Shown piece after piece: positions 19,004-29,506 of a stretch of 64,000 nt of DNA. The position numbers and the translations under genes were made by a program. The stretch covers positions 24-64,023 of the forward strand of contig LBVV01000006.1 of the NCBI GenBank assembly GCA_000993275.1, in the 5' to 3' direction. Below the pieces are notes generated by a model, which had not been told where the DNA came from, searched no databases, and worked only from the letters and a program-made list of their open reading frames with translations. How positions within the stretch are numbered: the stretch's first letter is position 1; every line of letters begins with the position of its first letter. Source of the DNA: a candidate division CPR2 bacterium GW2011_GWC2_39_10 (GTDB lineage: Bacteria > Patescibacteriota > CPR2).

Positions 19004-19378
19004 TTATTTCACTATCATCTTCTTTAATCTTAACGAAAATAGATAGGAGCCAAAAATAATCCAGCCAAAAAATAAAAACCAAAACCATAAAGGGATATTG
19101 CTGCCAAATAATATCACGTATATGTAAGGCGCAGCCCAAGCGATTCTATTAATTACTAATGCCCGAGAAAATTTTTTTTCAAAGAAAATATCGGAAATTT
19201 TACCTTTTTTTTCAACATAATATCTTTTTTTGAATCGAACTATTTCTGTGCCAATTGCTAGCCACCCCCAATAGTAAAAAGGAACAGAAAGAATCATTAA
19301 AAAAATAAATACCTTGGGATTAACATGGTAAGTATTAACTGCTAAGTCATTATAATTTTTTATTATATTTAAGTTCAT
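19004..19378 (-). CDS. Hypothetical small membrane protein
   Basis: ORF with 3 hydrophobic helices; no motif. Confidence 0.3.
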   Translation of the reverse strand: MNLNIIKNYNDLAVNTYHVNPKVFIFLMILSVPFYYWGWLAIGTEIVRFKKRYYVEKKGKISDIFFEKKFSRALVINRIAWAAPYIYVILFGSNIPLWFWFLFFGWIIFGSYLFSLRLKKMIVK

Positions 19379-20184
19379 CCCCTAATCACTTTTCTAAAAT
19401 TAACTATGGCTCTGGTGATAACCTCTTGGCCAGGCTTAGAATATAGATACTTTTGGGCAAAATCGTTTAGTTCCTTTTTTTTATGTAAGGGCTGTTCTTT
19501 ATATAAAAGATGCGGCTTTTCGTCATAAAAACCTTTCATAATGCAGCCTTCCCGTAATAAATAATTATATTTCTCTCTGCTCGCATGTAAAAATTCTTTT
19601 ATTGTCAGCCATGTTTCGTCATCGGCAACAGCTATACTTTTAGTTTTTTTATCAACCAGATATGGGTTTGGGTAAACAAAATCACAAAAACGCATTATTG
19701 CGCCCAAAGTTCTGACATTAGGGCTGATAAAAACAAATTCGGTTAGCATTTTACCGGCGAAAAAACGCTTAATCAAAATTCTTCTCGTGACCTTAAGAAG
19801 CATTTTTTTCATCAAATCCAAGTCTCTGTATCTCGGATCCACAACTGTTAAACCGAATGAATAAACTTCTCTTTTTCGAATATTATATTTTTTAATCGGC
19901 GCAATTCCGATAATTTTGTAGTCTAAATCCCTAAGTATTAGAAGCAGATGAGCACCCAGCACATTTTTTTCTATATAATCAAGGCCGAAATCACCCCAGC
20001 CTTTCGTAACCAAAATAGATATTTCCTCTAAAACATCTTGCTTTATTTTATTCGGAATACTTTTTGACGGTTCCGTTATTATTTCGGTCGGCAATAGGAT
20101 CGTTTTTTTCCCTATACCAAAAGCGGCCTCATCATCTTCTATTTTGATCCACGCTTGTTTACTTTTCCAAGAAAATCGCTGCAT
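19375..20184 (-). CDS. Hypothetical protein
   Basis: ORF overlapping the downstream gene by 4 nt; no recognisable motif. Confidence 0.35.
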   Translation of the reverse strand: MQRFSWKSKQAWIKIEDDEAAFGIGKKTILLPTEIITEPSKSIPNKIKQDVLEEISILVTKGWGDFGLDYIEKNVLGAHLLLILRDLDYKIIGIAPIKKYNIRKREVYSFGLTVVDPRYRDLDLMKKMLLKVTRRILIKRFFAGKMLTEFVFISPNVRTLGAIMRFCDFVYPNPYLVDKKTKSIAVADDETWLTIKEFLHASREKYNYLLREGCIMKGFYDEKPHLLYKEQPLHKKKELNDFAQKYLYSKPGQEVITRAIVNFRKVIRG

Positions 20185-20252
20185 TTACTATCCGTTATTA
20201 TTTCTTCCTTAATATACCAACTTCCCATCCCTTATACAACATACGTATTGAT

Positions 20253-20846
20253 TTACTCATTTATCCCCGGAATCTTTTTAACCCCCTGCCACCAGTCATT
20301 AGAATCGGTTTTTTGCATTTCGTGCCAAAGCTTTCTAGCAGTTTCGGTTTTTAAAACTTTTCCCACGTTATCTATCCAATCCTGAGCAAACTTATAGCCT
20401 TTTTCCAAATATTCCTTAGCCGTAAAAGCCTGCTCCAAGTAATCGGCATCTTTGGCTAAATCACCGGCTATATTTTTGTTGTAACCAACGGAATTATAAA
20501 GTTTAAAAATAGACTCTCCCAGCCCCCCCAAATCTTTTGTCTGGTCTTTAACCGCCCCTTCTTTATCCGCCTTTATATAACGATTAGCAACTTTATGAAT
20601 ATCGCCAATCCGGCACTCGTCTATATCATGGAAAACAACCATACTGCAAATTTCACTTGGATTTTTATAGCCCTCTAAAAAAGCCAAAATATATGCAATT
20701 TGCGCCGCCCTTAAATTATGGTCGGCAACACTTAGGGGATCCGTTACGCCAGCAATAGTTAAGCCTACATGTCGGAGTCTTCTTAATTGCCCCAATTCAT
20801 AAATAAACTTAGTAACTTCTTTTTCCATTTTGTCCTCCTCATTCAT
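20253..20846 (-). CDS. HD-domain 5'-deoxynucleotidase (YfbR-like)
   Basis: 'RLRHVGLTIAGVTDPLSVADHNLRAAQIAYILA' and 'VVFHDIDECRIGDI' correspond to the YfbR His/HD motifs. Confidence 0.6.
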   Translation of the reverse strand: MNEEDKMEKEVTKFIYELGQLRRLRHVGLTIAGVTDPLSVADHNLRAAQIAYILAFLEGYKNPSEICSMVVFHDIDECRIGDIHKVANRYIKADKEGAVKDQTKDLGGLGESIFKLYNSVGYNKNIAGDLAKDADYLEQAFTAKEYLEKGYKFAQDWIDNVGKVLKTETARKLWHEMQKTDSNDWWQGVKKIPGINE

Positions 20847-21054
20847 TGCATTATATCAAATTAGTTTGTTTTATACACATTTAAACAAACTTTACCTATA
20901 GATTAGGTTATGTCGTTTAATGTTTTTGTTGCGACATATATATCGTAATTATCAAAAATCAACATGACCTACACAGAGCCATAGTTCCAAACCCCCGATG
21001 TCCATCGGGGAGTCGAACAATATTATACTGTGAGATGCCGAAAAGGGAGTAGGT

Positions 21055-21711
21055 CTATTTAAGAATATATAGGTAATTGAACTTTTCCTGCGACCCCCTA
21101 ATAATAGAAAAAACAGACGCTAATTCTGCGTCCAACTCGTCTTTGGTAAAAGCGTGGTAATATCTATCTTCTTTTTTTTGCCAAGGAATGAATGAATCGC
21201 CTACTTCAAGCCCTTTTTTTTGGGCTTGTTCTTGGTTTTTTACAATAAATTTTTCATATTTTGGCTGATATAAATCCCAAACAGTTAAAATAAACAAGCC
21301 ATCTTTTTTTAAGACTCTCTTCACGTCGTTTAAAGCTTTAATTCTTAAATTGACCGATGGCACGTGATGATACGCCGCAATAGAAACTACAATATCAAAA
21401 AAGTTATCCCCAAAGGGCAAATTCAAAAAATCGCCTTTTTTAAAAATTGCTTTTTGGTGCTTTTTTTTGGCAATTTCCAGTAACTTAGACGACGGATCAA
21501 CTCCGTAATAATTTATATCAGCCTCTTGATAATTCAGAAAACGACCGTTTCCGCAGCCGATATCCAGGACTTTCTGTCCGGATTTAAGATATTTTTTTAT
21601 TATTTCAAATTCCGGCCAAGCCCTGTTTCTAGTGTCTGAAAATGACTCGGAAATATTTTCATAAGTCTTAATGGTACTCGCATATATTTCTTTTGCCTTT
21701 TTTTCGTTCAT
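21055..21711 (-). CDS. Class I SAM-dependent methyltransferase
   Basis: Motif I 'VLDIGCGNGRF'; 'IVVSIAAYHH'. Confidence 0.7.
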   Translation of the reverse strand: MNEKKAKEIYASTIKTYENISESFSDTRNRAWPEFEIIKKYLKSGQKVLDIGCGNGRFLNYQEADINYYGVDPSSKLLEIAKKKHQKAIFKKGDFLNLPFGDNFFDIVVSIAAYHHVPSVNLRIKALNDVKRVLKKDGLFILTVWDLYQPKYEKFIVKNQEQAQKKGLEVGDSFIPWQKKEDRYYHAFTKDELDAELASVFSIIRGSQEKFNYLYILK

Positions 21712-21767
21712 GACCCCATGATAACAAAAAATAACAAAAAAGGTAATTACTGATAGCTTCTATTCGG

Positions 21768-23501
21768 TTATTTAATTTTATAGATGTCTTCGACTTTATC
21801 GGCAAATTTTTCTAAAATTTGATTTCTTCTTAGTTTCAAGGTAATGGTTAAAAGCCCGTTTTCTACCGTAAAAGGCTCCGCAGAAATAATAAACTTTTTT
21901 ATTTGTTCAATTCTGGAAAATTCCCTTAGCTGTTCATTTAAAAGGCTGTCGATACCTTCTTCAATTTTTTCGCCAAGCTCCCGTTCGGCAATTTCAGTAG
22001 GCACTATTATTGCGCCAATATGCTTTCGGCCATCACCAAACACCAAGCATTGACTAATATAGGGATGTTTTTCACATGCTTCTTCTATAGGCACGGGAAA
22101 AATTTTTTTGCCCGTTGTCAGCACTAATATTTCTTTTTTTCTGCCAATAATTGACAGAAAACCTTCTTCGTCCAATTTACCCAAATCCCCCGTCTTAAAC
22201 CAGCCATCCGCCGATAAATCTTTTTTAGTAGATTCCTCGTCCTTGAAATAGCCTTTCATTACGTTTGGCCCCTTAACCAATATTTCATTATCTGCCGAAA
22301 GCTTTACGGATAACCCTTTTAAAACTTGTCCTACCGTACCAAAACGATAGTTATCCAAAGAGTTACATGCAATAACTGGCGCTGTTTCGGTCAGCCCGTA
22401 TCCTTCCAAAACCGGAGTTCCAATTGAGTCAAAAAATTCTCCAAGCCATTTAGCCAAAGATGCCCCTCCAGAAACAAAAAACCTCACCTGTCCGCCGAAA
22501 TTATCTTTAATCTTTTTAAAAACTAACAAATCATAAAATTTGTATAAAATTTTCGAGCGATTTTCCCTTACTTTGCCGTACTCTACAGCTTTTAAAAATA
22601 GATTTTTTTTGAATGCGCTCACCGATACTTTTTCGTAAACTTTTTCATATATTTTTTCATACAGACGAGGAACGGCAATAATAATTGTTGGCTTCTCTTC
22701 TTTTGCAAATTCAGACACCCTAGCAACGTCTTCTATGTAAGAAATTGATGACCCTGAAAATAATGGCACATAATAGCCAACCGTTCTTTCGAAAACGTGA
22801 GAAAGCGGCAAAACGGAAAGAAACCGATCTTCGGGAAATACACCGACACTTTCTACTAACGTAAGGGCATTGGAAACAAAATTTTTGTGGGTCAAGATTG
22901 CACCTTTTGGGTGGCCGGTTGTTCCGGAGGTATAAATAATTGAAGCATCATCTTCCGCTTTTATTCTGCGCGCTCTTTCTTCCAACTCTGTACCGGTATG
23001 ATAATGACCAATTAATTGGAGGGAATTAATGAAATGCTGACCCTTAAATTTTTTTATAAGCTCTTTTTCTTTTTCTAAAATGCTTTCCAAGTAAATAACA
23101 TCAATTTTTTTTGACTTGACGGACTCAATTTCCAAAATTTTTTCCAGCGCATCTCTGTCTGAAACTATAACTAGCCTTGGTTCAATTTCATCAATAATCC
23201 GCTTTATCTGTATAGGACTTAAAATTTTATGGATAGGGACTGTTATTGCTCCAATAAATAGGTTTGCCAAATCGGTAATAATCCATTCGGGACGATTTTC
23301 CGATAACAAAATTACTCGATCCCCCCCTTTAACACCAAAATGCTCGAAAGTTAAAACAAAATTACCAACCAGGTTTTTAAGCCTTTTGTATGGCATTTCC
23401 TCAAAAACATCTCCTTTTTTATAAAAAATAGCGGTTTTTTCGGCATATTTTTCTGCCACTTCCAAAAAAAGGGAGCAAATTGTCGGTTCCATGTCTTTCA
23501 C
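21768..23501 (-). CDS. Long-chain-fatty-acid--CoA ligase (AMP-binding enzyme family)
   Basis: AMP-binding signature 'IIYTSGTTGHPKGAILTHKNF'; 'GYGLTET'; 'TGDLGKLDEEGFLSIIGRKKE'. Confidence 0.8.
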   Translation of the reverse strand: MKDMEPTICSLFLEVAEKYAEKTAIFYKKGDVFEEMPYKRLKNLVGNFVLTFEHFGVKGGDRVILLSENRPEWIITDLANLFIGAITVPIHKILSPIQIKRIIDEIEPRLVIVSDRDALEKILEIESVKSKKIDVIYLESILEKEKELIKKFKGQHFINSLQLIGHYHTGTELEERARRIKAEDDASIIYTSGTTGHPKGAILTHKNFVSNALTLVESVGVFPEDRFLSVLPLSHVFERTVGYYVPLFSGSSISYIEDVARVSEFAKEEKPTIIIAVPRLYEKIYEKVYEKVSVSAFKKNLFLKAVEYGKVRENRSKILYKFYDLLVFKKIKDNFGGQVRFFVSGGASLAKWLGEFFDSIGTPVLEGYGLTETAPVIACNSLDNYRFGTVGQVLKGLSVKLSADNEILVKGPNVMKGYFKDEESTKKDLSADGWFKTGDLGKLDEEGFLSIIGRKKEILVLTTGKKIFPVPIEEACEKHPYISQCLVFGDGRKHIGAIIVPTEIAERELGEKIEEGIDSLLNEQLREFSRIEQIKKFIISAEPFTVENGLLTITLKLRRNQILEKFADKVEDIYKIK

Positions 23502-23570
23502 TTACTTTATCTTATCTCTTTATTTGTTATATTTCAAAGAATTAGTATGTTAAGACTGCTGAGATATGTC

Positions 23571-24068
23571 TTACTTTAAATATTTATCAGCCATTTTTTT
23601 GAAAGTATCCACCGTACCATCGCTGCCGCTTTTTCTGTCTACTTCTTTACCCGCCTTAAAAAAGATGAATGTTGGCACACCTTCGATATTGTAAGTTGTG
23701 GCAATTTCTCTGGCATCGCTAACTCTAAATTTACCAACTTTTACCTTATCTTTGTAGCTATTTGCAAAATCTGTAACAATTGGCGCCACGGTCTGACAAT
23801 GCGGGCAAGAAGAAAGATAAAAATCCACCATCACAAGCTTGTCGGACTTTAATACTTCTTTGTCAAAATTGTCTTTGGTTAATTTTATTTCGTTCGGTCC
23901 TAATTTATCCGCCGCCGTCTCCGGTTCTGTCTCTACTGCCGCCTGATTATTTTGATCCTCGGCGGACTTTACCTCGCCCTGATTACCTGATTGGTTAACA
24001 AATATGCCAATTCCAAAGACAACAGCCACAACTGCAACTGCGAAAAATACGTTTTTAGACTCTTTCAT
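23571..24068 (-). CDS. Membrane-anchored thioredoxin-fold protein (CxxC)
   Basis: N-terminal TM helix, then 'DFYLSSCPHCQTVAPIV' and 'GVPTFIFFKAGK' thioredoxin motifs. Confidence 0.7.
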   Translation of the reverse strand: MKESKNVFFAVAVVAVVFGIGIFVNQSGNQGEVKSAEDQNNQAAVETEPETAADKLGPNEIKLTKDNFDKEVLKSDKLVMVDFYLSSCPHCQTVAPIVTDFANSYKDKVKVGKFRVSDAREIATTYNIEGVPTFIFFKAGKEVDRKSGSDGTVDTFKKMADKYLK

Positions 24069-24170
24069 AATTCTGCCCCTTTTTAACTTGGTTAATTATA
24101 GCAAATAATTAGCTTTTAGCAAAATAAATAAGCCAAACGCTTGATTTTAGGAAGTTTGGCTTAAGAGGTT

Positions 24171-24389
24171 TTAAAGACCATGGGACAGAATACGATAAAC
24201 AAAGAAAATTCCAAATCCCATTGAAAGGAAAAAATATGCCTCGCCGGCTTTTTTCTCGGTTACTTCAAAAAGACACATTACAAAAGACAAACCGGACAAT
24301 GGAATTGATATAATCGCAGGCAAGAAAAAACAAGCTATCAAAATAATAAGCAAAATAATTTTTGTTTTCATCTTTTTCCCCCTTGTCAA
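24171..24389 (-). CDS. Hypothetical small membrane protein
   Basis: ORF with two hydrophobic helices. Confidence 0.25.
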   Translation of the reverse strand: MTRGKKMKTKIILLIILIACFFLPAIISIPLSGLSFVMCLFEVTEKKAGEAYFFLSMGFGIFFVYRILSHGL

Positions 24390-24578
24390 ATTGCCAACTT
24401 AAACGGTTGTAAATCATTATATAAATTTTTGTGTTTTTAGCAAGCCTATATTCTATCCGAGAACTACTCTAAGTACTTTATTTTTATGTAAATTCATGTT
24501 AAAATAAATACACCGCTAAAATGCCAATGTCAAAAATATTAATTTAGAAATTTAGCGTTTGACATTAATTCCGCCCTT

Positions 24579-24655
24579 GCCCCGGTAGCTCAATTGGATA
24601 GAGCGTCTGGCTTCGAACCAGGAGGTTAGAAGTTCGAGTCTTCTCCGGGGTACCA
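24579..24655 (+). tRNA. tRNA-Arg (anticodon TCG)
   Basis: Cloverleaf folded by hand: acceptor GCCCCGG/CCGGGGT, D-arm GCTC..GAGC, anticodon loop CTTCGAA, T-arm AGAAGTTCGAGTCTTCT, encoded CCA. Confidence 0.85.
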
Positions 24656-24758
24656 AAAAAGTTAAAAGTTTAGAGTTGAAAATTAAAAATCGGGGCTGGA
24701 ATATAATTTCTTAAAGAATTTGACTTTTAACTTTGCATTTTTTATAGACTTGAAGCAT

Positions 24759-24834
24759 GGTGGGCGTAGCTCAGTCGGCAGAGCTCTAGATTGTGGTTCT
24801 AGCGGTCGCGGGTTCGATCCCCGTCGCCCACCCC
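24759..24834 (+). tRNA. tRNA-His (anticodon GTG) with encoded G-1
   Basis: Extra 5' G pairing with discriminator C; anticodon loop TTGTGGT; GGTTCGATCC T-loop; CCA encoded. Confidence 0.85.
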
Positions 24835-24920
24835 AGTTGTAAATTACAGAGGTTAAAGCCTTTGTTTTTGCTTTTGTATAAAGTTTTTCAGTTCTAAAGT
24901 TTATATGTTAAAATATTATT

Positions 24921-25337
24921 ATGGAAACAAAGAATACAAATGCCCTAGAAAAACTTGCCGTATCAATACTTAACACTTTTTTTGTAATTCTGGTATCCTT
25001 TCCTTTCTATTTTGCCTATGGCTTTACTATAAAATATAGAATTATTTTAGTCATTATTTTCCTTTTTTATAACTTATTGTTTGTTTTTACCACCAAAAAT
25101 AGATGCCTGGGAATGATTATTCTAAATATTTATTGGAGGGAAGAATACCCATTAAAAAATCAAGTAATTTACGCCTTACTATATACTTTGAGTTTCTCCA
25201 CTTTAGTTATTTGGATATTCTTTCCGTTCGACCTATTACTCGTAAATTTGGTCTTAATCCAACTACCCTTTGTGTTAAAAACCGGAACAACCTTACACGG
25301 ATATTTAAGCGGAAAAATGTCCGGTTTCAAGCAATAA
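24921..25337 (+). CDS. Hypothetical membrane protein
   Basis: ORF with 4 hydrophobic helices. Confidence 0.3.
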   Translation: METKNTNALEKLAVSILNTFFVILVSFPFYFAYGFTIKYRIILVIIFLFYNLLFVFTTKNRCLGMIILNIYWREEYPLKNQVIYALLYTLSFSTLVIWIFFPFDLLLVNLVLIQLPFVLKTGTTLHGYLSGKMSGFKQ

Positions 25338-25545
25338 TACATCTGTGCTATTATTATTCATATGTTGCCCATTTTTTTAATTATGCTTATTACAATTTTA
25401 TCGATCTCCATGGCCGGGGATTTTATTACCAAGAAAATCGAAAAAAGATCAATTGACATTCCCCTGCCTCTTCCGGTTTCCCAAACTATACAATATCAAA
25501 TTGATAGCATAAGCTTTCTTTTGTTTATTTTGATGATTATTATTT

Positions 25546-26124
25546 TTGGTTTTTCCGGTCTTTATTGGTTTGCTAAGGGGAATATTAATGTCTGATATAA
25601 AGCTAAATTATGCAAAGCTGATATTTATTTTTATTGTTGTCATCAGCATATGGCCGCTTCTAAAAGACCCGTCCGCTTGGATCTTTTTGCATAATGTTGA
25701 CCTGGTTTTTCATGAAGCCGGTCATTTTATATTAATGTTTTTTGGCGAAGCTGTTCATATTTTAGGAGGAACAATTATTCAGCTTGCAGTTCCGATAACC
25801 TGCGCTGTCGCTTTTTATTTAAGAAAAGATTTTTATTCTGTAGGCATTATGTTAATGTGGCTTGGCGAGTCAATTATTTATACCTCTGTTTATATGGGCG
25901 ATGCTGTTAAACGTGTGCTACCTCTTCTTGGAGGAAATACTGACGGCCACGATTTTTATAATTTTTTCCCCATGTTTGGCATCTTAGATTATACAGATTC
26001 AATAGCATTAGTAACCAAAATTATTGGTTATTTAATAATTCTTGGAGGATTTATATTTGCTTTCATTAATATTTTTGACAAAGGTAAAGAAGAAAATTTG
26101 GAAGACATTCTCTTAAAAAGTTAA
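25546..26124 (+). CDS. Hypothetical polytopic membrane protein with HExxH motif (putative membrane metalloprotease)
   Basis: 'FHEAGHFILMF' HEXXH inside a TM region. Confidence 0.35.
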   Translation: MVFPVFIGLLRGILMSDIKLNYAKLIFIFIVVISIWPLLKDPSAWIFLHNVDLVFHEAGHFILMFFGEAVHILGGTIIQLAVPITCAVAFYLRKDFYSVGIMLMWLGESIIYTSVYMGDAVKRVLPLLGGNTDGHDFYNFFPMFGILDYTDSIALVTKIIGYLIILGGFIFAFINIFDKGKEENLEDILLKS

Positions 26125-26272
26125 GCTCGACTAATTAAGGTTTTTGTAGTATAATTAATCGGTCAAAATATGAAATATGGTGCAAACAAGTAGTCATTTT
26201 CATTGGTTTCAACAAAATTTCTGCGATGGTATCAACTGTTTATTGTTTATTGCTAATTGTTTATTAATTTAT

Positions 26273-26348
26273 GCGCCCGTAGCTCAGGGGATAGAGCGGC
26301 TGCCTTCTAAGCAGTAGGTCGGAGGTTCGAATCCTCCCGGGCGTACCA
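26273..26348 (+). tRNA. tRNA-Arg (anticodon TCT)
   Basis: Acceptor GCGCCCG/CGGGCGT, anticodon loop CTTCTAA, GGTTCGAATCC T-loop, CCA encoded. Confidence 0.85.
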
Positions 26349-26612
26349 TTGTTGCATTAAAAATTATCTTTAGACTAAGGCAAACAAAAACAAACGAAAA
26401 GACGAGTAGTGGGATGGATGAGAAGTTTATCCTGAGTGAAATCGAAGGAAATCCTCCCGGGCGTACCAGAATCTAAGCAGTAAGTCGTTCCCTACGAGTC
26501 GCGTGACCGTACGGATCTCTCCTGCTATAATATAAATATGTATCATGTTTATATTTTAAAAAGCTTAAAAGGCGGCAGTTTTATAAAAGAATATTTGAAG
26601 AATATTATTTAA

Positions 26613-26689
<77 letters not shown>

Positions 26690-26791
26690 AGAATAATAAA
26701 CAAGGAACAAAGAACAATTAACAATCAGACGAGAAGGTAAAATAAAAACTAAAATTGTTTATTGCTATTTGTTTATTGTTTGTTAACATCC

Positions 26792-26866
<75 letters not shown>

Positions 26867-27030
26867 GTTTCGATAAGTACTGCATCCAAACTAAAATTAT
26901 TTTAAAGGGTTCTCACCCTGCGGGTGATCGTCCGGAGGACGAGAATCCCGTTACCCGCTCCAAATTTTTAAACCTGTCTTTAATAAATAAGATATCTAAA
27001 ACCGTGCGTAAAAGAAAACTATCCCCCCTA

Positions 27031-27070
27031 TTATCCCGATGTGTCTACTTGGTACACACCGGGTGTGTGG
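27031..27070 (-). repeat. REP-like element copy (reverse orientation: TATCCCGATGTGTCTACTTGGTACACACCGGGTGTGT)
   Basis: Reverse complement of the consensus; 3' of the RCC1-pilin gene. Confidence 0.7.
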
Positions 27071-27087
27071 TTGTGTTCCTGTGTGCT

Positions 27088-28695
27088 CTAAAAAATATCC
27101 AAGCTTCCTGAGCCACTCTCGTCTTTTACTATACCTGGAAAATAACTATTAGTAGTTGAACCGTTACCTAATTGACCATAAGTATTTACCCCCCAAGAAA
27201 TAACTTTTCCATCAGGATAAAAAGATAAAGCGTGACCAGATACTACTATTAATGATACCCCCGACAAACCGATAGAATTAGATTCATTATTTACCCTAAC
27301 CGGCAGCCCTCTGTTAATTGTTGTTCCATCCCCAAGACGCCCGCTTCCATTTGAACCCCAAGCCCAAATATTGGCATCTTGATCTTTAGCCATAGACGTA
27401 CCACCGCTTCCTGCAAAGATTTGCTTTATACCTAATAAATCAATGATTCCGGCACTATCTTTAACGCGAACCGGAAGAACCTTATCTTTGGTGGTGTTAT
27501 CCCCCAACTGGCCGCCGGAATTAGATCCCCAAGCCCAAACGTTCCCATTTGCGTTAAGAGCTAACGAATGCGTGCCGCCTGCAGAAATTGAAACAATATC
27601 GGATAATGATGAGCTGCCGGAACTATCCTTCACCAATACCGGCAAAGAACGATCCGTTTTACTTCCGTCACCAAGCCTACCATCCCAATTATAGCCCCAT
27701 GTCCATATATTACCGCTTGAACTTAAAGCCATAACATGCGTACTTGAAGTAGATATCTTCGTTGTGCCAGTTAAATATCCAGTTCCGTCACTATTTTTAA
27801 TTTTTACAGGCAAATTACTATTATTAGTCGTGCCGTTACCCAATTGGCCTCGACTGTTGCTGCCCCAAGACCACAAATTATTTATACTATCATTTGCGAC
27901 ACAAAATGATACACCGCAAGCAATTTTAACTATATTAGAAAGACTTCCGGTTCCAGATTCATTTTTGACGAGGACGGGAAGTCTAATATCATCTGAATAA
28001 ATACCAACACCCAGTTGACCATTATCATTGTCCCCCCAAGTCCAAACATTGCCATTTGCATCTAATGCCGCTGAAAAAAATAAGCCTCCGGCTACTTCTA
28101 TAATATTCTGAAGATAGCCAGTGTTGTCTGAATTATTGACTTTTTTTGGCAAACTTCTGTCACTAATTGTATTGTCACCCAACTGCCCTTCAGTATTAAA
28201 CCCCCAAGCCAATACATTACCTGCCGATGTTACTGCCAATGAGTGATTGCTTCCGACTGCAATTAAGTTTTTTTCCGATTTACCTCCTCCCGAAGAGGTA
28301 AATAAAATTTCTAAACTTCTGTATATACCCCCTGATTGCCCCTTTGCCGTTATTTTGCCGGTGGTGCTATCCTTAGTAACAACCCAGCAAACACCAGAAT
28401 AACAAGTTTCTGAAGCAATATAATCATCAGACGGATTTAACAGACCTTCCTCCAGCCCTGTCTCTGCCGCGTAGTAAGCCTGTTGGGAACTGGCGGCATC
28501 GCCGGAGGCCTTAATTTCTGTCAGCACTATTTGAGCAATAGAAAGGCCGATTGTTAAAACAATCATGGAGATAATAAGGGAATATAAAAGAATAGAACCT
28601 TTTTGATTTTTTTTGTTTCGGATTTGGAGCTTAAGCAAAATATCCCTCCAATAATATAATACACAAAGAAACGACTCTTGAAAAGTAAACACCAA
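27088..28695 (-). CDS. PilX-like minor pilin N-domain fused to a 7-bladed RCC1-repeat beta-propeller
   Basis: N-terminal TM + 'QQAYYAAETGLEEG' (PilX_N-like); seven repeats of the form '...NxxGQLGDNT...'/'GRLGDGS' (RCC1 signature) throughout the C-terminal 400 aa. Confidence 0.65.
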   Translation of the reverse strand: MVFTFQESFLCVLYYWRDILLKLQIRNKKNQKGSILLYSLIISMIVLTIGLSIAQIVLTEIKASGDAASSQQAYYAAETGLEEGLLNPSDDYIASETCYSGVCWVVTKDSTTGKITAKGQSGGIYRSLEILFTSSGGGKSEKNLIAVGSNHSLAVTSAGNVLAWGFNTEGQLGDNTISDRSLPKKVNNSDNTGYLQNIIEVAGGLFFSAALDANGNVWTWGDNDNGQLGVGIYSDDIRLPVLVKNESGTGSLSNIVKIACGVSFCVANDSINNLWSWGSNSRGQLGNGTTNNSNLPVKIKNSDGTGYLTGTTKISTSSTHVMALSSSGNIWTWGYNWDGRLGDGSKTDRSLPVLVKDSSGSSSLSDIVSISAGGTHSLALNANGNVWAWGSNSGGQLGDNTTKDKVLPVRVKDSAGIIDLLGIKQIFAGSGGTSMAKDQDANIWAWGSNGSGRLGDGTTINRGLPVRVNNESNSIGLSGVSLIVVSGHALSFYPDGKVISWGVNTYGQLGNGSTTNSYFPGIVKDESGSGSLDIF

Positions 28696-28800
28696 GGTTG
28701 AACCCTTTATCCCAACAAAAACTCACTTAGAAAAAATAAAATAGATAACCGTGCTTAACAACCTGTCATCCGTAGGGTGAAAAACCGTTGTTTCTTTATT

Positions 28801-28850
28801 TTATCCCGACGTGTCTACTCAGTACACACCGGGTGTGTACTGAGTTCACA
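28801..28850 (-). repeat. REP-like element copy (reverse orientation) with extended palindrome CTCAGTACACACCGGGTGTGTACTGAG
   Basis: Same element as 27031-27070, same orientation; the two copies bracket the RCC1-pilin gene. Confidence 0.7.
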
Positions 28851-28852
28851 AA

Positions 28853-29275
28853 CTAGGGCAGGTTTATTTTTATTTCTCTTACAACACCGTTAAAAGAACC
28901 TTTGGCGATTAACTGGCCGTTGTCGTTTTTAAAATAATAACAGGAAGATTCTTGACAGTTGTTTTCCTCGTAGCCGTTGGAAAGTGTTCCGGCATTGTGC
29001 ATCTGCAAGGCTTTTTCTAAAGCTGTTTCGGCATTTCTATAGGCCTTGTCGGAATTTACCAAATCACTTGAAGCCCTAGTTTCGGTTAAGGCAATTAGGG
29101 AAATCGCAAGGCCAATAGCAAGCGCAATAACAGAAATAATCATGGCCCAAAGAAGAACCGCTCCTTTATTTTTTTTAAAAAACAAATTTTCTTTTGATTC
29201 TTTATGTCTTGTCGCAAACAAATTATTTTCTCCTATATAATATAATAAACAACAAGCAGGAAAAAGGGAAAGCAA
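28853..29275 (-). CDS. PilX-like minor pilin (N-domain only)
   Basis: TM helix 'AVLLWAMIISVIALAIGLAISLIAL' followed by 'DKAYRNAETALEKAL'. Confidence 0.5.
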   Translation of the reverse strand: MLSLFPACCLLYYIGENNLFATRHKESKENLFFKKNKGAVLLWAMIISVIALAIGLAISLIALTETRASSDLVNSDKAYRNAETALEKALQMHNAGTLSNGYEENNCQESSCYYFKNDNGQLIAKGSFNGVVREIKINLP

Positions 29276-29506
29276 AAAGGGTCGAACTCTTATTCTTCGA
29301 CTCCTCTTAAGGGGGTCCGTCTTGGTGACGAGACAGGCCAGTCTTGGCGCCTAGACAGGCTTCGCTTAAGCGAGACAGGTGGAGAAGTGCCTTTAAGAAG
29401 TTACAAAAATGCAGTTCTCCACCTACTCCGTAGAGTCGAACAATATTAAAGTGCGTAAATCCTGTTAATATTAATTGTTAAAAGTTGAAGGTAAATTTTT
29501 TTTAAA

